Positions 26,871 through 39,773 are shown, counted from the whole stretch's first letter. The stretch: DNA of 63,995 bases, filler included, from Octopus bimaculoides (GCF_001194135.2; 9 parts of 7 records of this genome joined end to end with filler, not necessarily neighbours in it), one strand, 5' to 3'. Notes: generated by a model not told the origin, from the letters alone. Made by a program: numbers and translations.

Positions 26871-26934
26871 TCATAGGGTTACCCAGGGTTTCGCGTCCAT
26901 AAAGCTTTACACAAGTCTCATCGGACCCTAATGA
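26871..26934 (-). ncRNA. Type I hammerhead ribozyme fold (U4C core variant)
   Basis: TCATTAGGGT-CCGATGA-G...C-GAAA-CCCTGGG-TA-ACCCTATGA: stems I and III pair, the GUA cleavage triplet is correctly placed, and stem II is irregular. Confidence 0.7.
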
Positions 26935-27200
26935 CCAGTAGCCTATAACCTCTCTTCAAAATGGAGAAAGTAAAGGCCACGTGGCTAGTTTACGGACACA
27001 CAGACAAAGAAGAAAGGTCAAGCGCAAGGGATTGTCTCCCTTAGATTACTATCCGGAATCCATCCAGTCATCTTGCGGGTCCTAGGAATTCGGTAGGAAT
27101 CACCTGAAGTGTAAACAAGGTCCGAAGACTTCCGTCTTGGAATCTAAATTGTTCCCTAGGTCGAAGGAGTTCTTTAATATCCTCGACATTGTACTCATTG
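26935..27200 (-). mobile_element. Probable Penelope-like 3' fragment upstream of the hammerhead
   Basis: Frame NEYNVEDIKELLRPREQFRFQDGSLRTLFTL loosely resembles PLE C-termini; hammerheads mark PLE ends. Confidence 0.4.
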
Positions 27201-27229
27201 CTGAAATGACAAGCAACTGCACACCATAC

Positions 27230-28450
27230 TGATAGTATTAGCAACTTTATCTCCGAATATAGAATGGCAAAACAATTTGCACCAAACTGAAAGAAAAGAA
27301 TAAATTCAAAATTATTCGGGCAGCTAAGGAAATAGCCATACCATGTAACAATTTTATTGAAGAGATGGGAATCTTATTTTTGGTGTGAATTAAAGAAAAT
27401 GAAATTGTTTGTAACAGCGTAGTCTTGTAATTTCTGCAACAAACAAACAGTTGTTTGATGGTCTTAGAGCGAATTCTCCTAGTGGTTTTGATACTACAGA
27501 AGTGGATTTTCTTGGTTTGCCAGATTTCGGAAAGGAAATCGCTTACATAGTGTTGTGTGGCATGGTGAGTGTGCTAATACTGAAAATAAAACAGTTCGTG
27601 AGTGCCACGTTGTATTTCTAATTCTTATTGAGAAGGGTGGTTTCGTTTCGCAGCAGGTACTCAACTGTGACAAAACGGAGATTTATTTTTTCTTTTGGAA
27701 AAAAGATACTTCGTAGATCATGTATTACAAACGAAAGTTCAATGCAAGGTCACTAACCAATGATAGACTGGCTAAACTTACTACTGTGTGAATGCTTCGA
27801 GGGGCTCTGAGATAAAAGTTCTCTTTGTTTTCCACTCAGAAAAGTCCAGTGTATTCAAAACATTCATAACAACCGTCTTGTTGTTTTGTGGCGGTCTAAC
27901 CACAAGGATTGGGAGATGCTTTGCTCTTTGTACGTGAGTACCTCATGGACAGCAATCTTCCTCTGAAATCCTTTTTGGGCATGCATAAGGCCTAAATCTA
28001 CGTCCATATTTAATGGACCAATTACCAGAATGGTTTAATTTTTGTAAAAGTGCATTTCCTGTTTTTCAACTCAACTCCTCTTCTCCACTTCGTGGACTAG
28101 TAAGTCATTTCTAATGTTTAAAACTCTATACGAAAGTTCTCTTTAGAAAATGTTTGGAGGCCACTTCTTCCAGTGATTTGACACTGAAGGACATTTGGAA
28201 AGTAGTTTAATATTGCTAATGCAATGCTAATGATTATAGCAGCTTGGAAAGAGGCTTTAGTGTGCTGTCTGTGCGCTGCTTGGAGGTAATTCTAGCCTGA
28301 AGCTATGCCTCTAAGAGAGTTTGAAGACTTGGCTTTGAGGATAAGAGAAAAAATCTGTACTGCAAGAAACTCTGTCTGGGCGATTCCATAAGGTTGGAGT
28401 AGATACAATTGACATTGAAGAGTTGGTGTCCTAAACCACAACAGAATCTT
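27230..28450 (+). mobile_element. pogo/Tigger-like transposase, decayed
   Basis: HSVVWHGE, QQVLNCDKT, LNLLLCVNAS, FHSEK, LWRSNHK, NLPLKSFL, FVKVHFL, VISNV and LTLKDIWK match Tigger transposase order. Confidence 0.88.
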
Positions 28451-29248
28451 CATCTTTATAGAATAACCTTTTACGGTGTCTCCAGTTTTTACGAATGGAT
28501 CGTGTATCTCATTGTACAATATTATGTTACGTGTTCGATGAATATAAATGAATAAGAGAGGCAGTCTTTGAAATAAACATTGAGGCTTTATTCCTTCGTG
28601 AAATTTGCACAGTAGTTCGTACACAATGAAACATTAACAAGTTCTATCGGGTTGTCGCTCTCCAGCATCCTGGTAATTAACCTTAGACCATCATTGGTTA
28701 TATGACTCCGTTATGTGTCGATTCTCCTCTGGAAGGCTGGATCCTGCAAATCACCTCAATGGCAGAGCTCACCCCTCTAACTCGTAAAATGTTTGTCGAA
28801 CCAATTTATGGATAAAAAGTCTCCAGGACACATACAGAATTTGTCGCTTAAAATAAATCTTACGCGCATCGCGATTGGACTTTCAATCCAATTCCCGTGC
28901 GACATTTAATTCAGGGCTAAATAACTGGCCAAAAACTCACGTGGTGGATAGTTTAGCCAATCGCAACAAATTAGTGTGGTGAGCCGATAATTATATGATC
29001 GCTACACTTATAAACAAAACTTAATGCTCTTTTCATGCAACAACACAACTTGTTCCCGCTACAAACCAAAAGAAACTGTAGAAAAGTAGCTAGGAAGGAC
29101 GATACTTCTTTCGCCACCTCTTCTCATTAATAGCCTCCTCCCACCACCTCTTCCATACCCCTCAATACTGAACAACTTACTACTCTAATGTCAGGCTACT
29201 TTTATTCACATATATTTAAAAAATTATTTCTGTATTTATTTATTAGGT

Positions 29249-30941
29249 CGCAGGTTCCCAACCGGTGTAACGCCGCCTTGGGGTGCCGCAAAATATATAT
29301 ACGTATGTGGTATTATGATCGATAATTTAGAGTCAAAAATACATTTTGATACTATTTCAACAATAAATATTATTGTCATCTTATATTTTGTATTGTTGTC
29401 TATTTCATTTTTGTATTGTCATCTGTTTTATGTTTACTGTATACCAACATTGGTGAAATAAAGAAAATTTGGTGCTAGTATATTATGCGGGCCACCATGG
29501 TGTCAAACAGTATATCCAGAGTTATCTACCTTACCTTTCAGATATTTCAGAGATTAAACACTTCGTACATTATAAAGGAATTACACAAATGAGAAAAATT
29601 GAATCTTATATTATTCTATATGATAGAATAATATCCATTTTAACGATACAAATAAATCATCTGAGTCTTTCCTTATCATCTTCCAGCAGAAATGATCAAG
29701 ATGTGACTGGAAAAGTTCAATACCAACGCCTCTCATTTTTTTCAGAATCATAGTTTTAGCATCTAACCATGATCGCTCAATGGCCTGAGCGTGTGCTCCG
29801 GTCACTGGATCCACATAATGTCGTTGATGGTTCACTGTCAGATGGTGATAACTTATGGCATTTAAATTATTATAAGCGGGTCACTCATCTGAATGAATTA
29901 CTGAACTTTTTTCATATTCTCTCCCAATAATTGGGATCAGACTGTTCTCGTCACGCCGTTCCACACAAAAGTATCGACAGTCTGAGCCTTGTTTGCGACC
30001 AAAAACCCTCGGCCCATCAATTCTACGTCCATGGTTCCTGTTCTTTCGTTGTTCTGAATCACTGTCTTCGAAAAGAGGAGCGTTGTTGCCATTCAGCATT
30101 TTTCCTCACTTGCTTTTTCGTTGACCAGCAAATCTTTCTTCGTCGATCTGAATGGGTTTATCGTCTGTTCCAACTATCTTCCCTCTTCGTATATGATAAA
30201 CTATGGCTCCACACACCTCGCGGCACATATTGTACCAGTCAGTTATTGTATTTTTAGATTTTCCTGTTAGAGTCACTGCTGTAGTCATGGGTATATCCAT
30301 GACAAAGAAAAATATTAGTTCTAAAATCTCACTCAGGCTCAGCTTGCAGTTTAATTTGTTGTAAATGTCCGTATAATGGAAAAATTGGTTTCCTTTACGA
30401 ACTGAACGTGAAGTTTGGCACCCCTTTCGAGGACAACGAAGTACAGGCCTGAATTGTTCACCTCTATCACGTTTTTATTTTTTCTGCATGACAGCACCNN
30501 NNNNNNNNNNNNNNNNNNNNNNNNNNNNNNNNNNNNNNNNNNNNNNNNNNNNNNNNCAGATTGTAATCTTGTAAAAATGTGACTGTTGTTTCCTCTGTCA
30601 AGATGACACGTGTATAAAAATCTTTCTGCAACATTTCAATGTAAGGCAAACAGCAAGTGGAAAGGGGAGGTGATAACGAGTAGTTTTTAAGGTAGGTAAC
30701 TCTGGCTATACTGTTTTACCCCGTGGTAGACTGCATACTATACTAGTACCGAAATTTTTTTTATTATCAATTCCAGGGACATAGTTTTCTTACACAGATG
30801 TTATTATCCAGGCACAAAGTTTTGTTATATTGATGTTGAATCAAAAAACAACTGTCATATTAGATTTTCTAATAGGGCTTCTGTAGATTTCTGAAAGGCT
30901 TGGCAAAGGTGCCTCAAGGCAGAAGAGGTTGGGATATTATG
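29249..30941. mobile_element. hAT-like MITE split by the Merlin insertion
   Basis: Left caggttcccaacc...ggggtgccgc and right ggtgcctcaagg...gaggttggga are degenerate hAT-type ends. Confidence 0.5.
29471..30750 (-). mobile_element. Merlin (IS1595/ISXO2-like) DNA transposon, near complete, pseudogenised
   Basis: 63-bp TIRs (53/63 identical, GG termini); 8-bp TSD gaaaattt/gaaatttt; transposase with RCPRKGC, QIDE, HSDE(W>stop), YVDPVTGAHAQAIERSW. Confidence 0.92.
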
Positions 30942-31875
30942 TATTCGTTCGTTCGTTCGTTCATTTAGCATCCGTTTTCTATGCAGGTATGGGTTTGGAC
31001 GGATATTTCATTAGGTTATTTTACAGCCAGGTGCTCTTATCAACGTTAATCTCTATCTGTTTTCAAGTAAGGAATATCATTTTATTCAACAGGTTTAGGC
31101 CGTCCTACGTCTACCCAACAACGAACGACCCGGACGTCCGTTTCTGAAGAACTACAAAAAAGTTGGCACCGTTTGTATTTACACTAACTATTTGTTTACA
31201 ACGAGAGCGCTCGTGTGTTTAGTAATTACGGATCTATTATTGAAAAATGAACACGATGAAAATTGTTAACGAGAGCTTGATACAATGTCAATAAAAATGA
31301 CAAAATCAGTGGAAAATTATGTTAATATTCATATGATATGATATTTTCTCGCCAGCGAATTATATTAGTTAATAATGAGCAAAACAAAGCGAAAACACAT
31401 ACAGACGCACACACTCACATAACATAGATACATACATTTAAACATGCACACATTCAAAAAGACACACACGCACGCACACTCTCACGCTCACTCACTCACT
31501 TACACGTACATAGACCACATGCGTATATATTTATGGTAGAAGTATATATTTATGTATATGCTGTTGATAGATGGACAAAAACTGGTTTAATGTATTTGAT
31601 GTTGAGATTGGTTTGGGCTTGAGTTATTTATGTAAATAACAATTTGGTTAACCAACAGGGCTCCGAAATGGATTATGTTCGTAGATAGAGACTACACTAT
31701 ATAAATGCATGTTTGTTTGTATGTATCTATAAATATATACAAACAAATGCAAGAGACCGACAGAATAAGCACTAAGCTTAGGAAAAAAAAAGGTACTAGA
31801 ATCAATTTGTTCGCCTAAACCTTTCCAGACGGTGACCAGCATGGCCGCAGTCGAATGACTGAAACTACTAATATA

Positions 31876-32365
31876 TGTAGTGGATCTTGCAGGCATGGCG
31901 TGGATTCGATCCTAGATAGCCAAATTTAAATTAACAGTTCAACAGCACTTTTCTCACGGCAAAACGATAGTTTTTCTGTGACTAGTTACATTTGCCAAAT
32001 GCCTTAGCTAAGCAAAATAATGTCTTCACTACTTGACCCTTCTAACCTCTTCTATTTCACCAATAGCTAGAATACAGATATCACAGACCTCCAACGAAAT
32101 CTATTGTTCTCAACGATATGTCTATCCGTCTGGATAGTTATAAAAACAAGAACCTCCAAGCAAAAGCCAGTTAGTGAGTTAGCGAGAACCCGAGTTAGAG
32201 AGAGCGACCATCAGTTAGTGAACGGACCACTAGAATCATGGCCACAAGCAGGCAGCTACTAAAGACAAACGGCCAAAGGGAAAAAGAAAGTTATAATCAG
32301 CGACTATGCGAGACAACTTTTCTCGACTCTCTCATTATCACTAGTTCAGCTCACTTTCTTCTTAG
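31876..32365 (+). mobile_element. Putative solo LTR, truncated by gap
   Basis: Starts TGTAG, has TATA-like tataaaaac, and is colinear with 58303-58796. Confidence 0.5.
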
Positions 32366-32547
32366 NNNNNNNNNNNNNNNNNNNNNNNNNNNNNNNNNNN
32401 NNNNNNNNNTTAATTAATTAANNNNNNNNNNNNNNNNNNNNNNNNNNNNNNNNNNNNNNNNNNNNATATATACATGTGCTTATATATAAATATATATATA
32501 CATATACACATATATATATATACGTAGAAAGAGAGAGAGAGATGGAG

Positions 32548-32590
<43 letters not shown>

Positions 32591-32799
32591 TACATACACA
32601 CATATATATAGATAAATATAGACACAGATCTAGATATATATTTGAACATGTTACGTATATTCGCATATATGCAATCATCCGACCGTATCTATACATATTA
32701 AGCGCTATCTATAGTATTACTTCTGCATCGACAGAGAAATATATAGCGATAAGTTAGACGGAAAACTGAGTCCTTCAGAATATTTTCGATCTACATTTA

Positions 32800-32990
32800 T
32801 CTATCAGTGCTCTTGCACCTGTCACACGTCCTCAGATTGCGCTGTCCTCTGGTTGACACCCAAACACTCTGAAATGTTCGTATTGGAGTTTCCGACGAGA
32901 AGACCAAACAGTACAGCATGTCGTTTCTATACTGTGAAGTCGACAAAATCAAAAACAAACAATGCGCATGCACGAAATTAAAAATATTTT
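32800..32990 (-). mobile_element. Possible Tc1/mariner 5' fragment
   Basis: Minus frame GNSNTNISECLGVNQRTAQ resembles an N-terminal HTH. Confidence 0.35.
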
Positions 32991-32992
32991 GT

Positions 32993-33031
<39 letters not shown>

Positions 33032-33989
33032 NNNNNNNNNNNNNNNNNNNNNNNNNNNNNNNNNNNNNNNNNNNNNNNNNNNNNNNNNNNNNNNNNNNNN
33101 NNNNNNNNNNNNNNNNNNNNNNNNNNNNNNNNNNNNNNNNNNNNNNNNNNNNNNNNNNNNNNNNNNNNNNNNNNNNNNNNNNNNNNNNNNNNNNNNNNNN
33201 NNNNNNNNNNNNNNNNNNNNNNNNNNNNNNNNNNNNNNNNNNNNNNNNNNNNNNNNNNNNNNNNNNNNNNNNNNNNNNNNNNNNNNNNNNNNNNNNNNNN
33301 NNNNNNNNNNNNNNNNNNNNNNNNNNNNNNNNNNNNNNNNNNNNNNNNNNNNNNNNNNNNNNNNNNNNNNNNNNNNNNNNNNNNNNNNNNNNNNNNNNNN
33401 NNNNNNNNNNNNNNNNNNNNNNNNNNNNNNNNNNNNNNNNNNNNNNNNNNNNNNNNNNNNNNNNNNNNNNNNNNNNNNNNNNNNNNNNNNNNNNNNNNNN
33501 NNNNNNNNNNNNNNNNNNNNNNNNNNNNNNNNNNNNNNNNNNNNNNNNNNNNNNNNNNNNNNNNNNNNNNNNNNNNNNNATATATAAAACAAAAGAGGTG
33601 TACTTCCACGCAGGATAAAATATAGGAAAATTTGTTGTTGAAAATGCACCTAAATTTGGAAAAACTTGTAAATGTTTTTAAATAAATTTATTTACATACA
33701 TATTTACATGCATACCAAACTAGTTTTAACAATATTTTTTGTTTATCAATGCACAAAATTCAATAGTGTTAAATGTATGTATGTATGTATGTATCTTATA
33801 TTTATACAGCCATTTAAAGTTTCTTGTATTTGGTCGGTAAACCAACTCTCTCTCTTGTCACACCCTACTTCTGTATTATAACTTCACTCTAGTAACCTGG
33901 AATTTAGATGCATTAGCATATCTTGTAATTGTTGGGGCGAAAGTAACGTCGTGGCATACCATGATGTGTGACGTGAACGCTGTGGCCTG

Positions 33990-34400
33990 GAAAAGAGATC
34001 GCAAATATTTTACACTGTCTGCAGGTCGGGATTATCTCTGTCTTTCTATTCATTATTAGTGTAGAAATGTTTTTGACGTAGTATTTCTCGGTTAAACGTA
34101 TTATGTTTTAAACTATTATTAACTGGGTGTCCCTCTGCCCAAGAGAGACAGTGCAATATTGGTAAGCTTTCATCAATATGCCGCTTGCCAGATGCCCTTC
34201 GAGAGCGATGTAACAATTCCTTTGTGATGGTGCTTCAAAGCGTTTGTGTTGGTATAGACGGCTCTTAAATGGAATTTTTGTTAAGCCGATGAAAGACACA
34301 GCACGGTCGTCACATTACGTTTGGTTAAAGCAGTAAAGCAGTATATAACCTTGTGTGGTCACTGCGGGATATCGTTATAGAGTGTGTTTGATCTGACATT
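33990..34400 (-). mobile_element. Penelope-like GIY-YIG endonuclease remnant
   Basis: FIGLTKIPFKSRLYQHK (YIG motif) and downstream NRKTEIIPTCRQ, like the PLE NKRSELxxKCRH motif. Confidence 0.72.
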
Positions 34401-34779
34401 TTCTAGACAATTTAAGAAGTTCTGTTGTGGCTTGTTCGTAAACATGGAAGCTGTGTGTTTTTGCGTCTGTTTTCTTTCGTGTGAGTGCGACTGCTTGTCT
34501 GTGAGTGTGTGTGCGTGGTTTATCTAGGCGTGATGGTGGTGTTGCTACTGTTGGTGACTATGGTGGTCATATTTTGAAAGTTTTAACGATGATAGCGGTA
34601 ATATTTATGATAATGTGGCAGGTGGCTGGTGAAAGGTGGTGACAGTGCTTAGCCCGGAGGAGTGGAGGTACAGATTACAGTGGTGGCGATAGTGGTGATG
34701 GTGGTGGAACGATATACACACACACACACACACGTATATATATATATATATATATATATACATACATACACACACACAC

Positions 34780-34811
<32 letters not shown>

Positions 34812-34996
34812 ATATAAATAAATATATACATATATACATACATATACGTATGTATCTATGTGTACACATATGTATGTATATATATATATATAAGTTCAAA
34901 AAAAGACAAAGACAATAACAAAAAACAACAACGTGAGGACGTGATACGGAGATATATATATATATATATATATATGCATATATCTATATATACACT

Positions 34997-35005
<9 letters not shown>

Positions 35006-35035
<30 letters not shown>

Positions 35036-35395
35036 CGTGATAGTGGTGCTGGTGGTGACGGTGGTGTTGAAAGTGGTAAGGATGCCAGTATGATCTTGGT
35101 GAAGGTACCAGTGATGGTCGTCATGGTGGTGATGGTGGTGGTGGTAGTGAGGAAAGTGATGACAGTGTCATTGCTTGCTTTGTTGTTGTTGTTGTTGACG
35201 ACGGATTCGTTGATAGTGGTGTGGAGAAAATGTTGCTGGCGGCGGTAGTGGTGGTGGGCATAAGGACGGTAAGGATGTTTGCTTACTGTGATGATAGTGG
35301 CTATGGTGATAGTGGAGGTGATGAAGAACATAATGATAATGAGGAGGAGGAGGAGCGGGAGGATGGAAATGATGATGATGATGGTGATGACGGTA
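35006..35395. repeat. Cryptic GGT/GTT/GAT trinucleotide low-complexity tract
   Basis: Direct reading. Confidence 0.85.
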
Positions 35396-35938
35396 AATGT
35401 TAAATACGTTTTCAGCTGCAAACATTTAAACGAAACTATTAAATTATTTAGTCTATTTTTAAAGAAAACGGGTACATTCTGAGATTCGTGCTATCTTTAA
35501 TCAAATAAGGTTTCTAGAAAAAAAAAAAAATGGTCAACAACCGGTGGCACTTAACCTGGTAGATTGTGCCTCTTCGGAGGCGTTGAAAGCACGCTAGAGG
35601 GCGGTAAATGTCAGGCGTGCGTTATGGTAGGCGCTGGTTGATGAAAAGGGATCGTAGTTTTGCTCTGGTATTAAATGCTTCAACCAAGTCTTATATCTAT
35701 ATTGTGAACATATTTTCAAATAAAAAGGTTTATCAGGATTAAAATATGATATATATGCACATGCACACACGCGCGCATGCATATATATACATACATATAT
35801 ATATGCACACACAAACGCACACACATATATACATACATACATGCATGCATGTATGTATATATATATATATATATATACTGCCTAAATACCAATCTTGAGA
35901 AATTAGAATTCTCAAAACCAGAAAGGAGAAAGCTAATT

Positions 35939-36599
35939 CGAAGACTACAGATCCAATCCATCACTGGTACTGTAAAAATCTGTAAAACTTTCCAGTAGTT
36001 TAGCATCTAAATATATATGAGCATGTCTAGATATGCAACTATATGCATGAGAATACATATATAAAACATACAAATCTGCTCATACATACATACATACATA
36101 CATACATACATACATACATACCCTGTTGTTGATGTTGAAATTCTAATGAAGGAGCCTTGGATCTAGGTTAGAAACCGGCTCTTTATTGGCAAGAAATCTT
36201 GAAGTGAACGAAATAATGACATACATACATACATACATGTGTGTTTGTATGTATGTAATTTTAAGAATATGGATAAGCGAAGTCTTTAAGATTCTATATG
36301 CTGAAGGAAGTGTGGAGTCGAACGTTGTGGAATACTAGTCTGGACCGAGACCAGAAGCCGGGCATCTGACACGTCTCGCAGTGGGTGGACTTCGGATATT
36401 GACGCTAAATACCGGAGTAGATTGACTGTTTCAGTGATAATGTCTCGCTGCGTTTGGTGAGACAAGGAGGGAAAATTTTGATAAATATCTGCGCAGGATA
36501 AGTGTGTGTGCGTATGTCTATAAACACAATTATGTATATACGTACACACATACAAATACATACATACATAGATATGCACACAAGCTATACATAACGCAT

Positions 36600-36642
<43 letters not shown>

Positions 36643-37220
36643 ACACAGATAGATAAATAGGTATGTATGTATGTAGATAGATAGATAGATAGATAAGATT
36701 CTGTATACACATCGGGCACCTGATGAATTAGACACGTGCCTTCGTGCCTATGAAACCCAAACTAATGGAGACTTTTCTCACAAGTTGTTCCCTAATATAA
36801 ACTTAACACGGAGCATTGAGTGTTGTCATTTTTCATTCATTTGTCTACCCCCCACCCACACACACACACTTACACACACGTCTGTCTGTGTCTATCTATC
36901 TACTTCTCTGTTTATCCATCCATCCATCCATCTATTCATCCGTCTCTCCCTCTCTCTGTATCTCATTATTCAGTTTGTTTCTATAGAAAGAACCGGTTTC
37001 TAACCCAGATCCAAGGATTCCTCATTGGAATTTCAACCAACAACAGAGTATTTTTGTATATATATATGTATACGTGCGGATTCGTATGTTTTGTTTTATG
37101 TATGTCTTCTCGTGCATATAATTACATATCTAGACATGTTCATATATATTTAAATGATAAACTTCTGGAAAGTTTTACAGATTTTTACAGTTCCAATGAT
37201 GGATTGGATTTGTAGTCTTC
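35939..37220. repeat. Inverted repeat pair, arms ~35939-36185 and ~36988-37220
   Basis: gaagactacagatccaatccatcac... and ccttggatctaggttagaaaccgg each have a reverse-complement copy in the other arm. Confidence 0.85.
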
Positions 37221-37349
37221 GAGTATGTATGCATGTATGTATGTACGTATGTATGTATGGGTTCCATAAAAGTCACCAGGTAGGCGTGTTATAGAAGGTA
37301 ACAAAATAGTGGATTCTTCTAAAGATACCGAGAGTGCGTGAAGGTGCAT

Positions 37350-37680
37350 GATTTAATAGATAGTGTATTCAGCTCGCGATTGTAAGGTCGAGAGTTCGAT
37401 TTCTAGCGGCGTGTGGTGTCCTTGAGCAAGACCCTTTATTTCACATTGCTCCGGTTAACTCAGCTGGCAAAAATGGGTTGTACCTGTAAATTCAAAAGGC
37501 CAGCCTTTGTCACATTTGACGAGTCACACTGAATTTCCTTGAGAACTAAGTTTGGGGGTTACACGTGTCTGAGGTGTGCTCAGCCACTTGCTCGTTAATT
37601 TTGCGAGCAAGCTATTTTGTTGATCGGATCAACTGGAACACTCGTCGTCGTAACCGACGGAGTGCCCAGCCAACAAAAAG
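37350..37680 (+). mobile_element. SINE family C
   Basis: Colinear with 10920-11215. Confidence 0.8.
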
Positions 37681-38072
37681 TGACAGATGGTTGTATTAAA
37701 CCCGACGAACATCTATGCAGTTTTCTTCCACAAAGGGTTTTGTGTTGTGCAGTGGGATTGAACCTTAGCACAAGACGGCTGCAGTTGTGTGACAAATATC
37801 TTAACCACACAACTACGGACCGGTTAATAAAGATGAGGGTGGACAGAAAATGAGTAGAGTGATGGGTTTTGATACCAATAAGAGATATGAAATGTGATTA
37901 AAAGGACCGAGTTTATCGTTGTTGATTGGCTCAACACCCAATCATCGTTTGTACACAGAATGTAGACATAAGGTCATCCACTCTCAATAGAAGACAACAG
38001 AGATACAAGTTAACTTGCTTTGTACTATGTATTGCTATGCCCCACCTCGACCACCACCCCAACCTTTCGTGC

Positions 38073-38118
<46 letters not shown>

Positions 38119-38190
38119 TTTTATTACATTATTACTATAATCATTTTTACTTGTATGTTTTATAATCCAGTACTTTTATATATGTATGTA

Positions 38191-38261
<71 letters not shown>

Positions 38262-38709
38262 TCCTTCTCTGTAGTGCATATGCTTTTAGTTAAGCGGTGG
38301 AAGGGAGAGTGAGGGAGATCTTTTTCAGAGCCCCCTTTTTTTTGAGAAGTGAAGAAAAGATTATTATTATTATTATTATTATTATTCGCACAGAAAGGAG
38401 AGAGAGAGAGAGGGCAGACCATTGAGATTGAGGATACAAACAAAGCATTTGACTGTTTCTGTTTGCTAACATGATCGAATTCAAGTAGGAGAGCGTCTGA
38501 TCAAACAGAACCACGCCAATTTGGTCATTTGACACCTCGCTGTCTATAGAATAAGAACAGAGTCGAAGGTGAAGAAAATTGAATTCTTCCCCAACGACTG
38601 TTGACTCTTGTATTGTAACTCTTATTGAGAGCAGGGCAACGACGTCGGTGAATATATAGGTTTGTCTTCTATAGAATAAGGTCTTCTATAGAGAAAAATT
38701 AAGCTCCCA

Positions 38710-38749
<40 letters not shown>

Positions 38750-39447
38750 TCCGCTCCCCTCTTTCCTTCTCCCTATTTCTCTCCTTCTTTCTCTCCATAG
38801 CTCCCATTTTGTACTTTCTCCCTCTTCCTCTTCACTGTTTCTATTTCTCACTGAATAAATACAAACGCAAACACACACCCACACACACACATCTCCCCTT
38901 GTCTATTTGTATACACACACACACGTATATTATATATATATATATATATATATATTTGTATTTGTGTATGAGTTTGCGAACATATATATATATATATATA
39001 TATATGCATGTATGTACGTATGTATGTATGTATGTATATATATATATATATTATATATTCACAGAATATATGTGCGTGCGTGTGTTCATGTATGTGTGGT
39101 ATGTATGTATGCATGCATGTATGTATGTTTACGTATATGCTACAAATACAAAACGCTATTTGAGGCCGGAGGTGAGTCGAGTGAAGAAAAGTGGGCGAAG
39201 AGAGACAAGACATGTTGGTCTCTGACCAAACTAATGAGATACAGAGACAAGTAAAGTTTATAAAGATACACCTCGGCTAATTTTGACAGATTACGATAAA
39301 AACCTATGCTGACTTTATAAACTATTTAGTGCTTGATTCCAACGTAGAAAGAAAACAGACAGAATAATAGAATGAAAGAATGAGCGAACGAAGAATTTGG
39401 TCCAACGAACGATCGCACGAACTCACACCATTGAATAAATAAACAAC

Positions 39448-39480
<33 letters not shown>

Positions 39481-39699
39481 GCGCAGGAGTGGCTGTGTGG
39501 TAAGTAGCTTGCTTACCAACCACTTGGTTCCGGGTTCAGTCCCTCTGCGTTGCACCTTGGGCAAGTGCCTTCTACTATTGCCTTGGGCCGACCAAAGCCT
39601 TGTGAGTGGATTTCATATAAGGAAACTGAAAGAAGCCTATCATATNNNNNNNNNNCCTTGTGAGTGGATTTCATATAAGGAAACTGAAAGAAGCCTATC

Positions 39700-39730
<31 letters not shown>

Positions 39731-39742
39731 TGCGTGTGTGTG

Positions 39743-39773
<31 letters not shown>

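Noticed and set aside
28200-28300. Minus-strand LPPSS...QHTKASFQAA resembling an Academ-type motif
   Set aside because: It is the antisense of a clearly Tigger-like plus-strand frame
39592-39701. Short duplication around a 10-N gap inside a SINE
   Set aside because: Same overlap artefact
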